Notes: a model not told the origin generated them from the letters alone. A DNA stretch of 62,580 bases, filler included, from Polymyxa betae A26-41 (GCA_003693705.1; 5 parts of 5 records of this genome joined end to end with filler, not necessarily neighbours in it); one strand, 5' to 3'; positions 37,110-50,693 are shown, counted from the first letter of the whole stretch. Numbers and translations: made by a program.

Positions 37110-38300
37110 ATGTCCCCGAAACGCCGAAATTCGAAGTCGGAAGATCCCAGTTTTACGCCCAGAGCGAACTGGACAGAAAATGGAGAAGCGACTAGTTCGA
37201 CTCTTGCAAGATGAAATCGATCAAGGACGAAACTCGGATGGAAACTTCAAGCCAGCTGTTTGGACCAGCATCGTGCAAAAATTCAACAAGAAATTGGAGG
37301 TGCCGTTATCGGCAACTCAAATCAAAGACAAGTACGAAGCTGTAAGTTTCATGCCGGCATTGAGTTTTGAACTGGTTATAACCTGTATTTAGTTGAAAGG
37401 GAACTATAAGGCGATCACGTTTTTGAAAAACCTTCTGGGTTCGGCTGGGATCCAGTCAAACAATGTGTCACCTCTTCCGAAGAAGTCTGGGATGGTTTGC
37501 AAGAGGTAAACCCTAAACCCTAACTAGCATTCCAATCGATCATCAACTGACAGCTTGCAGGCGCATAAGAAGAAGTACAGTAAATTGCGAGGAAGGAGCT
37601 ATTCCCTTTTCAAGAATCTGGTCTGCCTGTTCGAGGGTACTGTCGTTACCGGCGCCGGAGCGGTCTCGATGACGATGATCGCCGAGTCAGTCTCTCCTCC
37701 CGCCATAACACCAGCATTGCAGTTGCCAGACAAACTTGATCATGCTGGTGATGTGACAAGATCTGAATTACCGTTAAGTGCTAGATTTTGGCTTGTCTAG
37801 GAGTTCGGATTCAGACCTAGGTCCTGAACTGTCCCAAGTGCATGAAAGGTCGCAGGGCACGACCAATGAGATTGGTAGCAGCTCTGACGAAATCAGCATG
37901 CCCAGAACGAGGAAGAGGCGCAAGCGATCTGCAACTGGAGATCGCGGTCCCAAATCTTCGACACCAAAAGTGCTGGACTCCTGATTGCGCAGACCCTTGA
38001 GCGATTAGTCGAAAGCCACTTCCAGCCTGTAAAGAAAGATGAATCTGCTGGTAATCTGGACTTTGGCTACATAGGAAAAACCATGGACGTTCTCCACCGG
38101 TGTTACCTCGATAAGTTATCTGCCCATGAAATGGCAATAGCTTATGACGTTTATCGGCGCCGAACAAAGCCTTCCTATTCATCGGGATGTCAGATGGTGC
38201 ATCCCGGGATGAATGGGTGAGGCGCCAGATTACCATCATGGAATCCATCACCCCGCACCGGCTGGCCTCCACGAATCAACTTTGGGACTAGAAATAAATT
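37110..38300 (+). pseudogene. Harbinger Myb/SANT ORF, spliced and frameshifted
   Basis: RANWT...LVRLLQDEIDQGRNSDGNFKPAVWTSIVQKFN...TQIKDKY; SGFGWD; YSLFKNLVCLFEGTVVTG. Confidence 0.75.
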
Positions 38301-39544
38301 TCCAGCAATTTAAGAACACCTTATTCAGTGTGCTGTAGATAATCCTCCCACATTTGCTGGGCAATTTCATCTCTGAAACGTTTAGCATTAGCTTCAGCGG
38401 AGCCACTAACCCTTTGACTGATGTTACGACGATTGCTTTGTCGCAAGTCTCGAAGAGCGCGTCGTTGAGCCGCTCGCCTCCAGAAATACATGTCGTTTCA
38501 TTGTCGGAGATCAGGTTGTGCAAAATACAGAGCGCGTACACAAGTTTAACCTGAACAGAAGACAATATAAAAAAATCAGATCGTTGTAAGAACCTGCCGC
38601 TGTCTGACCTGTGATTCGAAAGCGTACTCAGGCGCCATCGTCAGAATCGGAAAATGCTTCTTCAAAACGCCAAAAATCCGCTCAATTGCATTACGGAGCT
38701 GAGAGTGCCTCAAATTGAACAGCTCTTTTGTGTTTTGTGGACGCTGGTTGCCCAGACTCCATTCTCGCAGGTGATAACGAACGCCTCGGTATGGAGTCAA
38801 ACACTTTGAATTCAAAGCATAGCCAGCGTCCCCGAGGTAATATTTGCCTGCGGATATTGCGAAGTCTCTACAGGTGGCATCTGCAAAGATACCAGCATCC
38901 GATGCTGAACCTTCCCATCCAGCAAGAACGTATACGAACTTGAGATCGAATGAACATGCAGCCAGAACGTTTTGGCTTAGAACGCTTTACGATTCCGAAA
39001 CGCCTTGGAATTGTTGGAACTGGGCTAGCATGGAATGTGTGTTCCATCCAGCGCTCCGATGCAATTGGCAAAATATGGGAACACTTTGGTGCTGGAGCTG
39101 ATCTCGATAGGAACTCGATCCGGGTCAGGAAGCCGGATTACATCGGGCCCCAGTGCAACGATAGCATTTAGAACTTCTCGTCTGCAGATATTGGTCGAGA
39201 AAAAAAGGTACGTGGAGGTTGTCCAGCCACTCCGCTGAAATCTTTCCTGACAGTTTCTGCTGGAGGCATTCTGTCCGACAATATAAAAAAATAAACAGCT
39301 TCTCATCAACAGAAACGTAACGGCTAGGCGCAAGCAGGTTACGTTGCAGCAAGAGGTCGCGAAGATGCAGATAGGATGGTTTTGTCATTCGAACATTCTG
39401 TCGGAAGCGATTTGGATTGCCATTGAGAATTTCCTCCACCCATTCTTGTCCCGATAGCTTTGAAGTGCGACAAGGCTCCTTCAATAGGTAGGTGGTAACG
39501 TACCAAGATATTACGATGAAGACGACCTGCAACAGTAGGTCCAT
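38300..39544 (-). pseudogene. Harbinger DDE transposase (HARBI1-like), spliced and frameshifted
   Basis: TSKLSGQEWVEEIL...FRQNVRM; PYFANCIGALDGTHIP; AGWEGSASD; YYLGDAGY; LTPYRGVRYHLREW...ELFNLRHSQLRNAIERIFGVLK; LCILHN. Confidence 0.92.
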
Positions 39545-42500
39545 AATAAAAACGAGATAGAGCAATATTTTTTATCCAAAATTGCGATTTAGTTTCAAAA
39601 CTAGACGAAAACGGAGCTCTGAGCTCCGTTTTATAACTACAGTTTTGGTGCAGTTTTGAAAACTGAAACTGAGCCTCAGATTTGGTTGCCAAACGCGCAT
39701 TTTATACAAAACTTCCAAAAACTACCGTTTCGGAACAAAACTGAGGCGAACCTGTAGTTTTGCGTGGTTGCCAAACGCACTCTAATAATTGGTTAGGAAT
39801 CAAATCTCCAAAAATTTCATGCATGCCACGTTGAAAAGCAAAATCGCCATTGCAATTGCCTTGGCAAATTCAAGTGGGAGTATAAACGCCAAAAGGAGTT
39901 ACGGACAATCAAGATCGCCAGTAACTGGAAATTGCCAATAACCCTTAAAGCAATCAAGAGTAAAATAAACAGAAGAATCTTTTAAATGACAGCCAAATGT
40001 ATGAAGATGTGAATATTTTACCATAGTCTCGTTAGCAGGGACCATGTCGATCACAATCCGAGGCTTTTTGAACGGGTCGACCACGAAGGCGGGAAGAGCC
40101 CAAGAAGGATTACGATTGAAGAAGATTAGACCACACTTTTCGAGTTCAGACACCCAGCAACGCATATAGGTTCTAGCAACAGAAGACATGATAAAATAGG
40201 AACAGCACCAGGTAATTGTTTTAAAATCAAAGGAGTTACATTGACAGGAGGATCAGAACATAGAGAAATACGAAATATATCAATAAATTCCAACAATAAA
40301 GATCGAAGATCAGAAATAAAAGATTCAGGAGCGTTGCAGCGAATGCATTCTTGAACGTTCTTCCAAAGCGGTACAGATATCATCTAAAGCATTAGAGCTT
40401 AGAAAAGGAGCATTTTCAGAAACGTGATCAACAAAGTTTTCAGAATTAGAAATAACATTAAAATCGGAAGCTTTGCCAGCTAAAAGGCAAATTTGGGATT
40501 CCAACATCAATGCCTAGACGATGCAAGAACGGACGTCCAAGCAAAACTTCAGACATGGTAATGTCAGCAATAAAAATTTGGTGACGACGAACAGTAACAT
40601 TCCCAGCTTCAGTAGGAAGCGTAACATCAAATAAAGCAAATCGTGAACAGGTAGCTAAATCATCATTAGCAACACGAAACTCTAAAGGAATCTGAGAAAT
40701 TGCAAAAAATTCAAAATTTCCAAGATGGTTAAAACCCATTATTGAGAAAATCAGCCCCATCGTCAACTGAGACAGGAACCGTAGAGGAAAGGTTACCAAC
40801 CGATAGTAGGGCTTTTCTTAAGGAGCGAGATGTTGTCATCTCAGGTCCAGATTCAGGAAAATGATCAGGCACTACGGACGGCGGGTCAGGCGGCGAGACA
40901 GCAATTGCACAAGACATCTGAGATTCAAGCTCAGTAGAAAAAAACATCCGAGAAATAGAGGGATTTTTCCACAGGTAAATCTTCAGCATAAGCATGGGAA
41001 CTTACAACCTCAATTTTAGAAGCCGATTCACCGGGATCTGTCGATGATGAGATACGATTAACATTAGGCTTCGATTCTGAAGAGGAGTTAGAAGTGCGAT
41101 TAAAAGAATTAAATCGTGAATTTGAATTTGGAAACGAACGAGAATTAAAACCAGGTTTTGTGGAGCTGTTTGAATTAACCACATAGTCGCGGCGAGAACT
41201 GGACTGATTAGAAGGGGGAAAGGCCGAGTTACGAGAAGCTTTCTCAGCAGCCTCGAAGGCTTTAAGATTGCTTTCACATTCACGAACCAAGTCGAAGATA
41301 GTATCTAGAACAGTAAGCTTCCTTGCATTGGCATTAACCATGGCAACAAAGAGCCTAGAACGATTGCGAAGTGAGTGTAAGAATAAACGAGTGCAAGTAG
41401 ATTCAGGGATAAGAAATTCAGGACTAACTTCTTGTGCATATCGGAAGTACTGCGAGAATTGAAGGATATAATCAGATAGAGGCTCGTTCGGAAATGGAAA
41501 GGCAGTTTCCAACTTCTCACGAAGAATGTCCTTAAAGCACCAGGGTCAGCAGAAGATGCTTACCATTTACCCTAACGTTCGAGAAGTTCATCAGAAGACG
41601 AAACAGTCTCAACTATGGCACGGATCTGAGCCGCTCCAGTAAGGCAGCAGTACAGATGTTGTAAACGAGCACTCTCAGGGACCAAACTCGTAAGCTTAGC
41701 GAAACGGTTACGTAATGAAATAAATTTGAAAGCACGAACAATAACGCGATCAGTGTCAGTTAACTCTTGAACATTTTTGGTACCTAAAATATTGAAAAGA
41801 TACCTCAGGAGATATAGATTCTAAACTTAGGTAAATCAGAAACATTGATATGAGAGGGTTTAACAGGGTTAGAGTTACCACATTTGTTATCGTCAAGGAA
41901 CGATTGCATGAATTGCATCATCAGTGCATTGGTCTGTTGCTGTTGCTGCATCAGCGAGAACAGAGCCGATTGAATTGAATTCATTGATTCTCGATTGTCA
42001 AGAGGGCCAGGAGTGTTAGTACCAAGCCGAGTAGACAAATCAGAGTCAGATTCACCAGCTGAAACATTTGGAGGTGGAACAGCCTCGTTAGACATTAAGA
42101 ATAAAGCAGAAATTGAAACTGGAGAGGGTTGGGAATTACAACTTAAGCACGACAAAGACAAAGAAAAATCAGAATCAGAAGGCAAATTGATAGAATTTGG
42201 AAAAGTTATTTTACCGGACCGTAATTGCATATAACGTTGTAAGACAGGTAGACGTATGAGAGAGCCAGCACAGGCTCAAGGACAGTAGGCGGGAATAACC
42301 TAGTATGAACCCGAGTGATCACTAAGACGACCAGGGAGTCGGAGGACCAATTACAAAGAGAGATGAAAGAGAGACGAAATAGACAGGTGTTGAGAGAGAG
42401 ACAAAGAACTCTAGTTGTATTATTAGAAAGGAGAAGCGGTTGCGGTGTCCGCAGAGAGGTTAGGGGGAGACCTCATATATCAGTAGCAGAATAAACAATT

Positions 42501-43004
42501 AAAAGTAAAAATAAAAACTTCGCGTCGCATATTTTCACAAGTCCCTATAGGTCGTCTCGCAAGATTAGGTTCCACTGATATTCNNNNNNNNNNNNNNNNN
42601 NNNNNNNNNNNNNTTGCATGAATTTGTGTACCTAACTGCCTAGGAATTCGTATTCCCCCTCTGGTTGGCAGGCAATGCAAACAAGAGTTATTGCCGTTTT
42701 CAAGAATTCTGTCATTCGCCATAATAAACTTCCCCGGTTAAGAAATGTCCGTGGCGGAAATTACTGCGTAGAAGCCCGGATTAAGAAACATGGAAACCCC
42801 TGGTTAAAAAAGTAAATTGACTGTGAGTTTTTTCTAATCCGGGTAGATTGCTGGATTAAGAGCTTTGAGAATGCCGAAATAAAGCAAATCGAGCAAATTC
42901 GGCCACATCCAAAGGTGCCATTTTGCCCCCCTCTCCGTAGCGCTCCATGGTTTCCCTGGTTGTGATTTTGAAGGCAAATTTGGGATTTTTGCACAAGTTT
43001 CTTC

Positions 43005-43917
43005 ATGTTTGGGCAAGATTATCAATGGAGATGCCTCGTTCTGTATTATGTCTATTCTTGTTCAATGGATGTGTCTTTGATTATGGGGGTATTAAAAAGG
43101 TCTTTACGAAGATGGATGGAATTATTCAAGAGGACCGGGACTGTTGTCAACACTGCTAGCGTCAACGATCAGCTCGTTGGCCTGTTGATGTTTATTCATT
43201 TGTGAAAGATTTCGCTGAAAGCAATCCTTGTTCCTATATTGAGGAGCTGCAAGAACAACTCATGGAGAACTTTCCAGACCTTCAAAATATTTCGATTTCG
43301 ACAATTTGTCGTGCCTTACGTCACGATTTGAAACTTTATAGGAAAATCTGGAATAGCGAGCCAGAGAGAGTGTTCCCTTTCACTTGAAGGAATATTTTTA
43401 CGAACTTTCTGCTTTATATTCTTTCCCAGAGCAAATGATTTCTATTGACGAATCGAGCAAAGTCGGCAGAGAGGTTCTGAGAAGGCACGGATGGTCGAGA
43501 ATCAATACTCCAGCGATTGCATATCAACCTTTCTCACGAGGTGGACGTGTGTCGGTTTTAGCAGCGTTCAATACGACTGGATTTTGTGCTTGGGAATGTA
43601 CGGAAGGCACTTTCACCCGACAGAAGTTCCACGACGCTTTTTTTAAAAACATCGCGCCTTTGTTACAGCCTTGGCCGATGCCGCGGAGCATTGTAATGCT
43701 GGACAATGCCAGAATCCACATGTACGCTGAGCTGGAGAAGGTTATCCATGGCTGCTGCGCTCGAATTGTTTATCTTCCGCCCTATTCTCCTCAGTTGAAT
43801 GCAATTGAGAAAGGATTCGGTTTGCTGAAGAAATGGTTACAAAAAGAGGCAGCACTCGCGTTTCGCAATGTCCAAAGTTGGTTTGGATGTGGCAATGCGA
43901 GAATGCTTCAATGCTAG
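43005..43917 (+). pseudogene. Tc1/IS630-like DD34E transposase, frameshifted
   Basis: HTH fragments (RSLRRWM; YIEELQEQL...ISTICRAL); SIDES, IVMLDNARIH, YLPPYSPQLNAIE; 34 residues between the second D and E. Confidence 0.9.
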
Positions 43918-44018
43918 GCAATCAGGACATTCTGTTTATGCTTCTTGTGGCTACGGAAGTGACTCATTGATTCGAGAAATTTTTCGAGTTTAAAGCAAAA
44001 AAATGTGGTTTATTTTAG

Positions 44019-44546
44019 TCAAGTCAATCTGATAATTATGATCCACATCTTCCATATCTTGTGCAACTGCAGCAGGAAAAGTCGGAGCTGTTCATTAAAT
44101 ATATATTGGTAAAAAAAGAGGATACAATGGAGCCCCAGCAACTTTCGCACTGTTGGCAAATGAACTTGAAAGAGCCCGGGATCTGAATTGTTCCAGCGAA
44201 CTGGAAGTTCGCCCCACTCCTGCGTTGCTGGATCAATAGTTTGCCGCTCCCGAAAATCATCTAAACGCATCGCTTGTCGAAATGCTGGATTGTTTTGTGG
44301 AAGGCCGTCATTATCATCCTTAACTACTTGACGCGCCCGCGCCCTGGACCAGTTATCCATCGATATTGATCCTATTCGGGCATTTGAATCGCGGTCAATT
44401 GGATTTTGCTTTAAATGGCGAGTAATATCTTCTCGCGCCTGTGTAATACGAGCTTGCGTCGCCCGACGTCTGCCGGCGACTCGTCCGCCAGATTGTACTG
44501 GATTAGCGGACGGAGTTCCCTCTGGAATATAGACAATTTGTAGCAA
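44019..44546 (-). CDS. Hypothetical ORF convergent on the Tc1-like transposase
   Basis: 175-codon open frame with no ATG start seen; lies inside tccgtggcgg motifs that also flank the transposase. Confidence 0.35.
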   Translation of the reverse strand: MLQIVYIPEGTPSANPVQSGGRVAGRRRATQARITQAREDITRHLKQNPIDRDSNARIGSISMDNWSRARARQVVKDDNDGLPQNNPAFRQAMRLDDFRERQTIDPATQEWGELPVRWNNSDPGLFQVHLPTVRKLLGLHCILFFYQYIFNEQLRLFLLQLHKIWKMWIIIIRLT

Positions 44547-45913
44547 TTCTACGAATTCAACCTTCAGATCGAGGCAAAATTCAGTCTGTATTCCAGCTCC
44601 CAGATCCAGACCGGTTATTCCGTCACGGAGTCAATTTGAGTCCGTGGCGGAGTTCATCCTGAATATAGGGCCGTTTATATATATAATAAAGTAAGAGTTT
44701 TTTTCTGGAAATATTCTGCAAATATTGACACACTCCCCTCTTCGAAAAGCTCGTCTAGTCTCGAAAACCTGTATATCACTGTCAGGGTTTTAGGGTTGTA
44801 GGGTTCGGTCAAAAAGTATCTCTATCGTCAGTCATTTGCCTTCAATTTTTTGTCATATGTCTTCTGTTCTCTAATTAATCATCTGTCTATCGTCTTCTGA
44901 ACATCTGTCTACAGTCATCTGATCGTCTGTCTTCATCCATCTGTCTTCTGTCTTCGGCTAGCCATCATCTTTCTATATTCTTCATGTAAAAAGGTCTTCT
45001 GAGGTTAGTTCATCTATCTTCAACTTTTCTGGACCTCATTATTCTATCCATTCTTTACTAATTCTAAATAAACAATTCGCATTAAAACCCATTGGGATAA
45101 AAGCATGAATATATATATTGACTTTCAATTGGATTCAAAAATCCAGATGCTTCATCAGCCAATTTATGGCCTTCTGACTTTAACTTTTCTACGTACTTTT
45201 CTACTCTCACAGGAATATCTTCATATAGTGTCTTCAGTGGCTCCCACGAGTCTTCTTCAGATGAAAATCCTCTCCATTCTACTAATACTTCNNNNNNNNN
45301 NNNNNNNNNNNNNNNNNNNNNNNNNNNNNNNNNNNTTAATTAATTAANNNNNNNNNNNNNNNNNNNNNNNNNNNNNNNNNNNNNNNNNNNNCTATCACAG
45401 ACTCGTTTATTACTACGTAGTGAAGTGCTCTAATAGAAACGATCATCATAACATAGAGAATTGCTTCCAAAGCGTTTACTCAGAAAGATCATCAGGCGGG
45501 AGAGATTGTAAACGAAGTCTCCGGTCATTCATCACTTGTGCAGCAGTTAAAGGTAGTCTTTCTGAAATCAGTTGACTTAGACCGAGACGGACATGGGAGG
45601 TTTGCACAACAATACTACCGTCAGGAACAGGTGAGGAAGAATCGCTCTGTTCTGAATTGCTCTTTGGCTGCTCGAAGCGAGAGCGAAGCGGGACTGGAGC
45701 TGTAAGCGATGAGACAGAGAGACTGAGTATAAACCAGTCGGAGTGGGAGGATAAATTGATAAACCACGGAAAAACAATGTCCTGGCATTCAAGGTGTGCG
45801 CCCCTACAATTTTCAGGTTTACTGCTCCTGTTAAGGCTCTGAAAGAACAATTTTTCGTTGATGTTTTTTGTTAAGACCCTGAAACGATTCTGAAGTAGGG
45901 TTTGTTGGATGAA

Positions 45914-46099
45914 ATTTTCAGGATCTATTGATGAGAAGGATGGATGAGTCATCTCCAGAATCTGCGTGATTCTATAGACTCATTCGGTATAGGATCACCT
46001 CTCTTAATAAAATGGATTGGGCAGACCTCATTTCACCAGATTATTGTGACATCTCCTTTAGTAGATTCTCTACGACAACTCGATCTTGCGACTTCAACA
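45914..46099 (+). repeat. Diverged copy of 2197-2392
   Basis: attttcaggatc.attgatgagaaggat.gatgagtca...aaatggattggg.agacctcatttcacca...caactcgatcttgcg.cttcaaca at both sites. Confidence 0.85.
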
Positions 46100-46993
46100 G
46101 GGTTCAGGGTGTTAAGCCAACAAATTCAGGGTCCAGGGCTCAATAAAAAATTGTTTTAACAAAAAACAATATTGAATTGTGTATTCTATGTTAATCTCAG
46201 CAAGCTGGTGATTTTTATGAGCCATAAATATGCTATAACAGGTGCCTCACTGGACAACTCAACACTTCCCAGATTTTGCTACTTTTTACTCGTATCTCAA
46301 TCATTTGAACGACACTTTCGTGACTGACCTACCACATAAATCTGGACGTGAGAGATATCATGTACCAGCAGCTGGACCAGAATGACGTCGGAAGGAACTA
46401 GAGGAGCCAGAGTCGCTTGGACTTCGTTTCCATGCAGGCCAGGGATCTGTTCATGAAAGAAGAGAGGTTGGCTTCAGCGAAGGTAGAGGCTTCGTGCCGT
46501 CCAAAAATCACGATCGTTAAAACTCATTTTCATCGTCGAATGGACATAGTGGTCCATCTAAATAGTGACCAATTCAGCAGTTCATAAAATTGGCTGTCAG
46601 AAGTAGCCTGGCGAATCCAGATTGTCAAAGTCAGAAAAGGTCATTCGTATTTATCAGCAATTCGCTCGATAGCCTGGGGGAATCTCCCTGAGAGGAATAG
46701 CTGGATTTTCTGTTTGACAGCTGACCTTAAACAGTTGGCAAAGTTCTTGTTTTTTGCATTGTGGCTTCATTCAAATGTCAGAGCCGAACTTGCCATTGAG
46801 TCATGGTCAACTTCGCTGTCGGCTCGGAGCTCGCACTGACTGAAGCTCCATCATCCACGAGCCCTTATTAAGTGACTGATCTCTTCCAATAGCCATAATG
46901 TCCCCCTTTGTGCTCACCACTTTCATAAATATTCATTCCAAAACACACTTGACTCCGTTGCCCGCAGCGGTCGTAGGTTCGTAGTAAATGAAG

Positions 46994-48462
46994 TCGGGAG
47001 AATGGAATTTGGCCTAAAATTGGACAACGGCCTAAAAATGGCCTAATCTGGCCCAAATGGCCTAAAAATGGCCTAACGCCAGTTTAACAACTGCAGAATT
47101 GCAGATTGACCGACAATATTTTGATATGATGATCTACGATAGCATTGAACTTGATTGAAAATGCACCGAAAGAATCAACACTTTATTTATTTGAAGGGTT
47201 TTCTGAATTAGATTAAATCTGAATCCTCCACGTCCGGCATTCTGAAAATTTTCAATCAGGGTGATTCTCTCAAACAGGCTCAGACTACCGGTTTCGCACA
47301 ACCACATCTCTTTGATCTTTGTTTGCGGGCAACCGAACTCGATGTGCTGGCTCTCTAGCGCCTAGGATTGCGCTTACGTCTCAAACTAACAGCGCTTTGC
47401 TTTGAGAACCAAATCAATATGCCCTAATATTGCTGCTGGGCACTTACTAGTCTATCATCAAAAATATTATTGATATAAGGGACTATTTCAGGATCTGCCG
47501 AGTTGCAATCCTGACTGATTATTTGTTTTAGAGTCCATAGCGACATTGGCAAAATGTTCTTTATAACGACATTGTCTTTCTAAAAGTACTTGGGGCTCCT
47601 AACGGGCTATGGACCATCTGTATGTAACAACTCGCAACAGTTATTGGAATCGTTTTTGTTTTTAGGTCTAGGTCTCAAATAGATTTATAATTATAGCTTT
47701 ACGAACTTCAAGAAGTTATTCTGGCATTTCTTGGAGATTATCACGAAAAGTGCTTAACAAATTTGCGCTTCGATATGTCGTCGTTAACTTCAGTTTCCTC
47801 ACATGATTCTCAGGGACCATGTGATAAAGAGGTCTGAGCGCCAGACGCAATGCTAACCCTCCCTGCTGGCTAGTCTAAAAGGCTAGTCTGACCCTAAGGG
47901 TGACGAGGAAATGGTGGAACCGTAGAAGATCAGGATTGTATTGTTAAAGATCGAGATGAGAATGAAAGAGTCCCAATGGAATCTCATCTGTTAGACAAGG
48001 GACGCGCCGCAGAGAATTTCTAGAACAATATCCATACAATGTAGCATGATCGGGCTTCTATGGATCTGTCGCCTGTCGTTATAAAGAGTGTCGTTATAGA
48101 GAGGGAGACTGTAGCTCCTTTTGTTTTACCACTAGCGATCAAAAGGACGACAGAGCTCAGGTTTCCTGGATTATAATTCAGAGTGTATTACAGTGGCAAC
48201 TCCCAAGATCGGAGCTGTCATGAATTTCACCTGAGAGCTCCACAAATAGGACTGACAGTCACTTTAAGATGGGCCCTGCCTATTCCCCCAGGAAACTCGC
48301 TACGAATAGCTATAGGGAAGGGTTTTAGGGTTATTGATATTCAGTGAGCATTAGGCCCTTTTTTGGCCATTTAGCCAAAATAGGCCATTTTTAGGCCAAT
48401 TGTAAACGAAAACTGCGATATTAGGCCGTAGGCCAATTTTAAGCCAATTTACAGCGACCCGA
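46994..48462. mobile_element. Non-autonomous TIR element with GGCCTAA subterminal arrays
   Basis: 42-bp terminal inverted repeats, 33/42 identical by my alignment; ggcctaa array at 47011-47077 and ttaggcc array at 48351-48447. Confidence 0.7.
47540..48111. mobile_element. Inverted copy of the 13021-13959 Tc1/pogo-type element
   Basis: Reverse-complement matches (cctaacgggctat, aagtgcttaacaaattt, tgagcgccagac, gctggctagtcta); ends gtcgttatagagagggagactg|TA. Confidence 0.8.
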
Positions 48463-50693
48463 AGAAACATATCGAACGTCTTTCAAAAGTCCGCGGTTAC
48501 CCGACCATCGATCACGCTTTTTATCCGAACGTCTCCAATGCCTTCGATTTTTTCATACTTTCATTCGCCCATCCGATGGTACCGCTAGCTGGTCTCAGAT
48601 TCTCGAACCATTTTGTCTTACAACATACATATGAGAAGTACCAACGGAGTCGGCGAAATCGTCTCTGTCAGTAGTCTGTTGCGTGGCGCTGAGATACGCC
48701 GTTCAATAAACTCTTTTGTACCATCTGGCTTTATCGTGATGAAAACCCTCGAGAGCCTTGTCCATGATATCAAATCCCGAAACGGCACCCTAATTTCAGA
48801 TTATGGCTCACATCTCAGCCTAGTGAGCGGTGGCTGCTAATGCTGCTTGATCAATTTGTACACCGGATTCCCGATTTCTATATTGCAAAACGGAGTCAAA
48901 ATAACGAATGAGCTTCCACGTGGAATCAGAGCTAACATGCTTCGATGATTCGCCTCGTTTGATGCAATCTGGTTTGTTGAAGGCATCCAGAGGCTCGTCC
49001 ATCGTGCGAGACGAACGCCTCCGGCTGATCCTGTGCGCCTCAGCATCGTCGATGTCCACCATGACCTCGTCCTCGCATGCGATTGCCAATCGCGGCCGAG
49101 ATCCTTGCGTTATCCACCGCGAACTGATCGCTCCTCTATGTGGAAGGTTTCCATATGCTCTCACGATCAGAACGATACCGGCGACATCTCGATCTGGTCG
49201 CATGACGGCCGGGTGCTGTCGCCATCAAATCAGCTCGCGCTGTGTTCGGCGACGCTATCGCGGTTGTGCCGGCCTGATCGTGACGTTCCTCTGCACCTTG
49301 AAGCGGTCGTCGGGCCCAATACGGTTTAGCAGCGATTGGTGACCGAAACCAATTAACGCCGTCAGCATGGCTCTGACGATGAAACTCGGTGCGGCGCCTC
49401 ATACGTGACAGCGACGAGCTGAAACGTTTTTTGTGAAGATTATTTGACCGGCCGTCTGGACAGGTCGTGAACGGAAAGGTTTGATGGAGTGCTGGCAGCC
49501 TCGGCCGCAATTACATCGAGTGTCGAAGTTACGACTGCATCGTCATACGACTGTGTGGACGTCTTGAAACAGCAGTGTTGATAGGGAGCGAGCTGGTGAG
49601 GCAGATATTGGGCCGGAATACGAGAGCACTCGTTGGCACGTCAACCATCTCGAACTCGGATGGCGGGACGAGATAGGTGTTGGGTGACAAAGATGAACTC
49701 AGACAATATTAATCGTCTTTAAGAGAAAATTGCTGTGTCACGAATATAAGCAATGCTGCAAGTTGCGACAGTTACAGATTGTTTCATCCTTCGAATCAGT
49801 AGCAGTAGGTCAACTATAAAGGGAGCATTCCAAGTTCCTCATTTGCCCTCTCACGCTTCTTCTTTAATCTTTTCAAGACCTTGGTAGATGCGGCTTGGTC
49901 AAGGCCATCAGCGATGCACTGTTTTACAAAGTCGAGCTGGAGTCGATCTGTGAAGCTAACGATGAACCAGAGTCTTATAAACTGGACGATCAATCAGAAA
50001 TATTCCTTCCAAATTTGCAGAAAGATGAACCCAATAATGGACGCCAGAAAGTATTTAGCGACCAATATCGCTGGAAGTAAAGTCCTCATTAACACCTTTC
50101 AAATATTTTTTGTTTTTTCGTGATTTCCCATCATAACTGTTGAATTCAATGTAAGCCAAAAATTCCTCAGGAGTAGCCATTAAAATTTAAAACAGCTCAA
50201 CTATTGGAAATTCCCATCTCCTGTTTTGTTGCATGATTCGTTACACGTACAGTTGTCAAGTAGTAGATAACTACCACGAGAACCTAAACATGCGGTACAG
50301 GGCTGATGCAGCAACAAGACTGTTATTACTGAATAAGAAAAGTCTTAACAGAATCTTTTACTGTATTTGTGCCTGATCATCTAGGCTGTCAGGAAAAGTC
50401 TTACAATTTTTGAATGTATTTATAATTGTCTAGATTTTCGTAATTCACAAATCTCAATAGCAGTGAGGCGTCATCTGGAACAGTATCTTCCACATCTGCT
50501 AAGCAATGAATGGATTTTGTCATTAACTTTCTGAATAAACAGACCTAACACCGTTAGTATTCGATAAATAATTTCCGCTGCTCAGGGACAACGACATTTC
50601 GCTGTCGTAAGAGCGCTCGGAGATTTGATCACAACCCAGGTCATGATCTGCAGCTAAATTCCCTGCGTGAACAGCTGCCCCATGGTCCCCAGA

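Larger units (their letters stand above)
36739..39782. mobile_element. Complete PIF/Harbinger transposon inserted in the Gypsy RT
   Basis: Perfect 16-bp TIR gagtgcgtttggcaac / gttgccaaacgcactc, TAA duplication at 36736-36738 and 39783-39785, subterminal aaactacagttt repeats. Confidence 0.95.
35666..42583 (-). mobile_element. Ty3/Gypsy LTR retrotransposon, decayed and interrupted
   Basis: LTR end ...TCTTACA at 42238, then MQLRSGK gag start; protease VSVDDGAD and EVLLGRPFL; RT PRIVIDM, YFTLDCFKGYWQFP and LLVWL(Y)DLL across the insertion; linker LKLSASKC; RNase H LFTDAS, WSVPEKEAYPI, FRIFTDHRNL. Confidence 0.92.

Noticed and set aside
44019-44546. Fanzor/TnpB next to the Tc1-like transposase
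   Set aside because: No RuvC D-E-D motifs or CxxC zinc finger seen; the decayed 46.2-46.95 kb stretch also gave no such motifs.
47011-47077. GGCCTAA array as a telomere or CRISPR
   Set aside because: Mirrored by an inverted array at 48351-48447, so explained as transposon subterminal repeats.
48600-49700. Overlapping ORFs in a GC-rich stretch
   Set aside because: No recognisable motif or consistent frame; probably a decayed gene that I cannot support.
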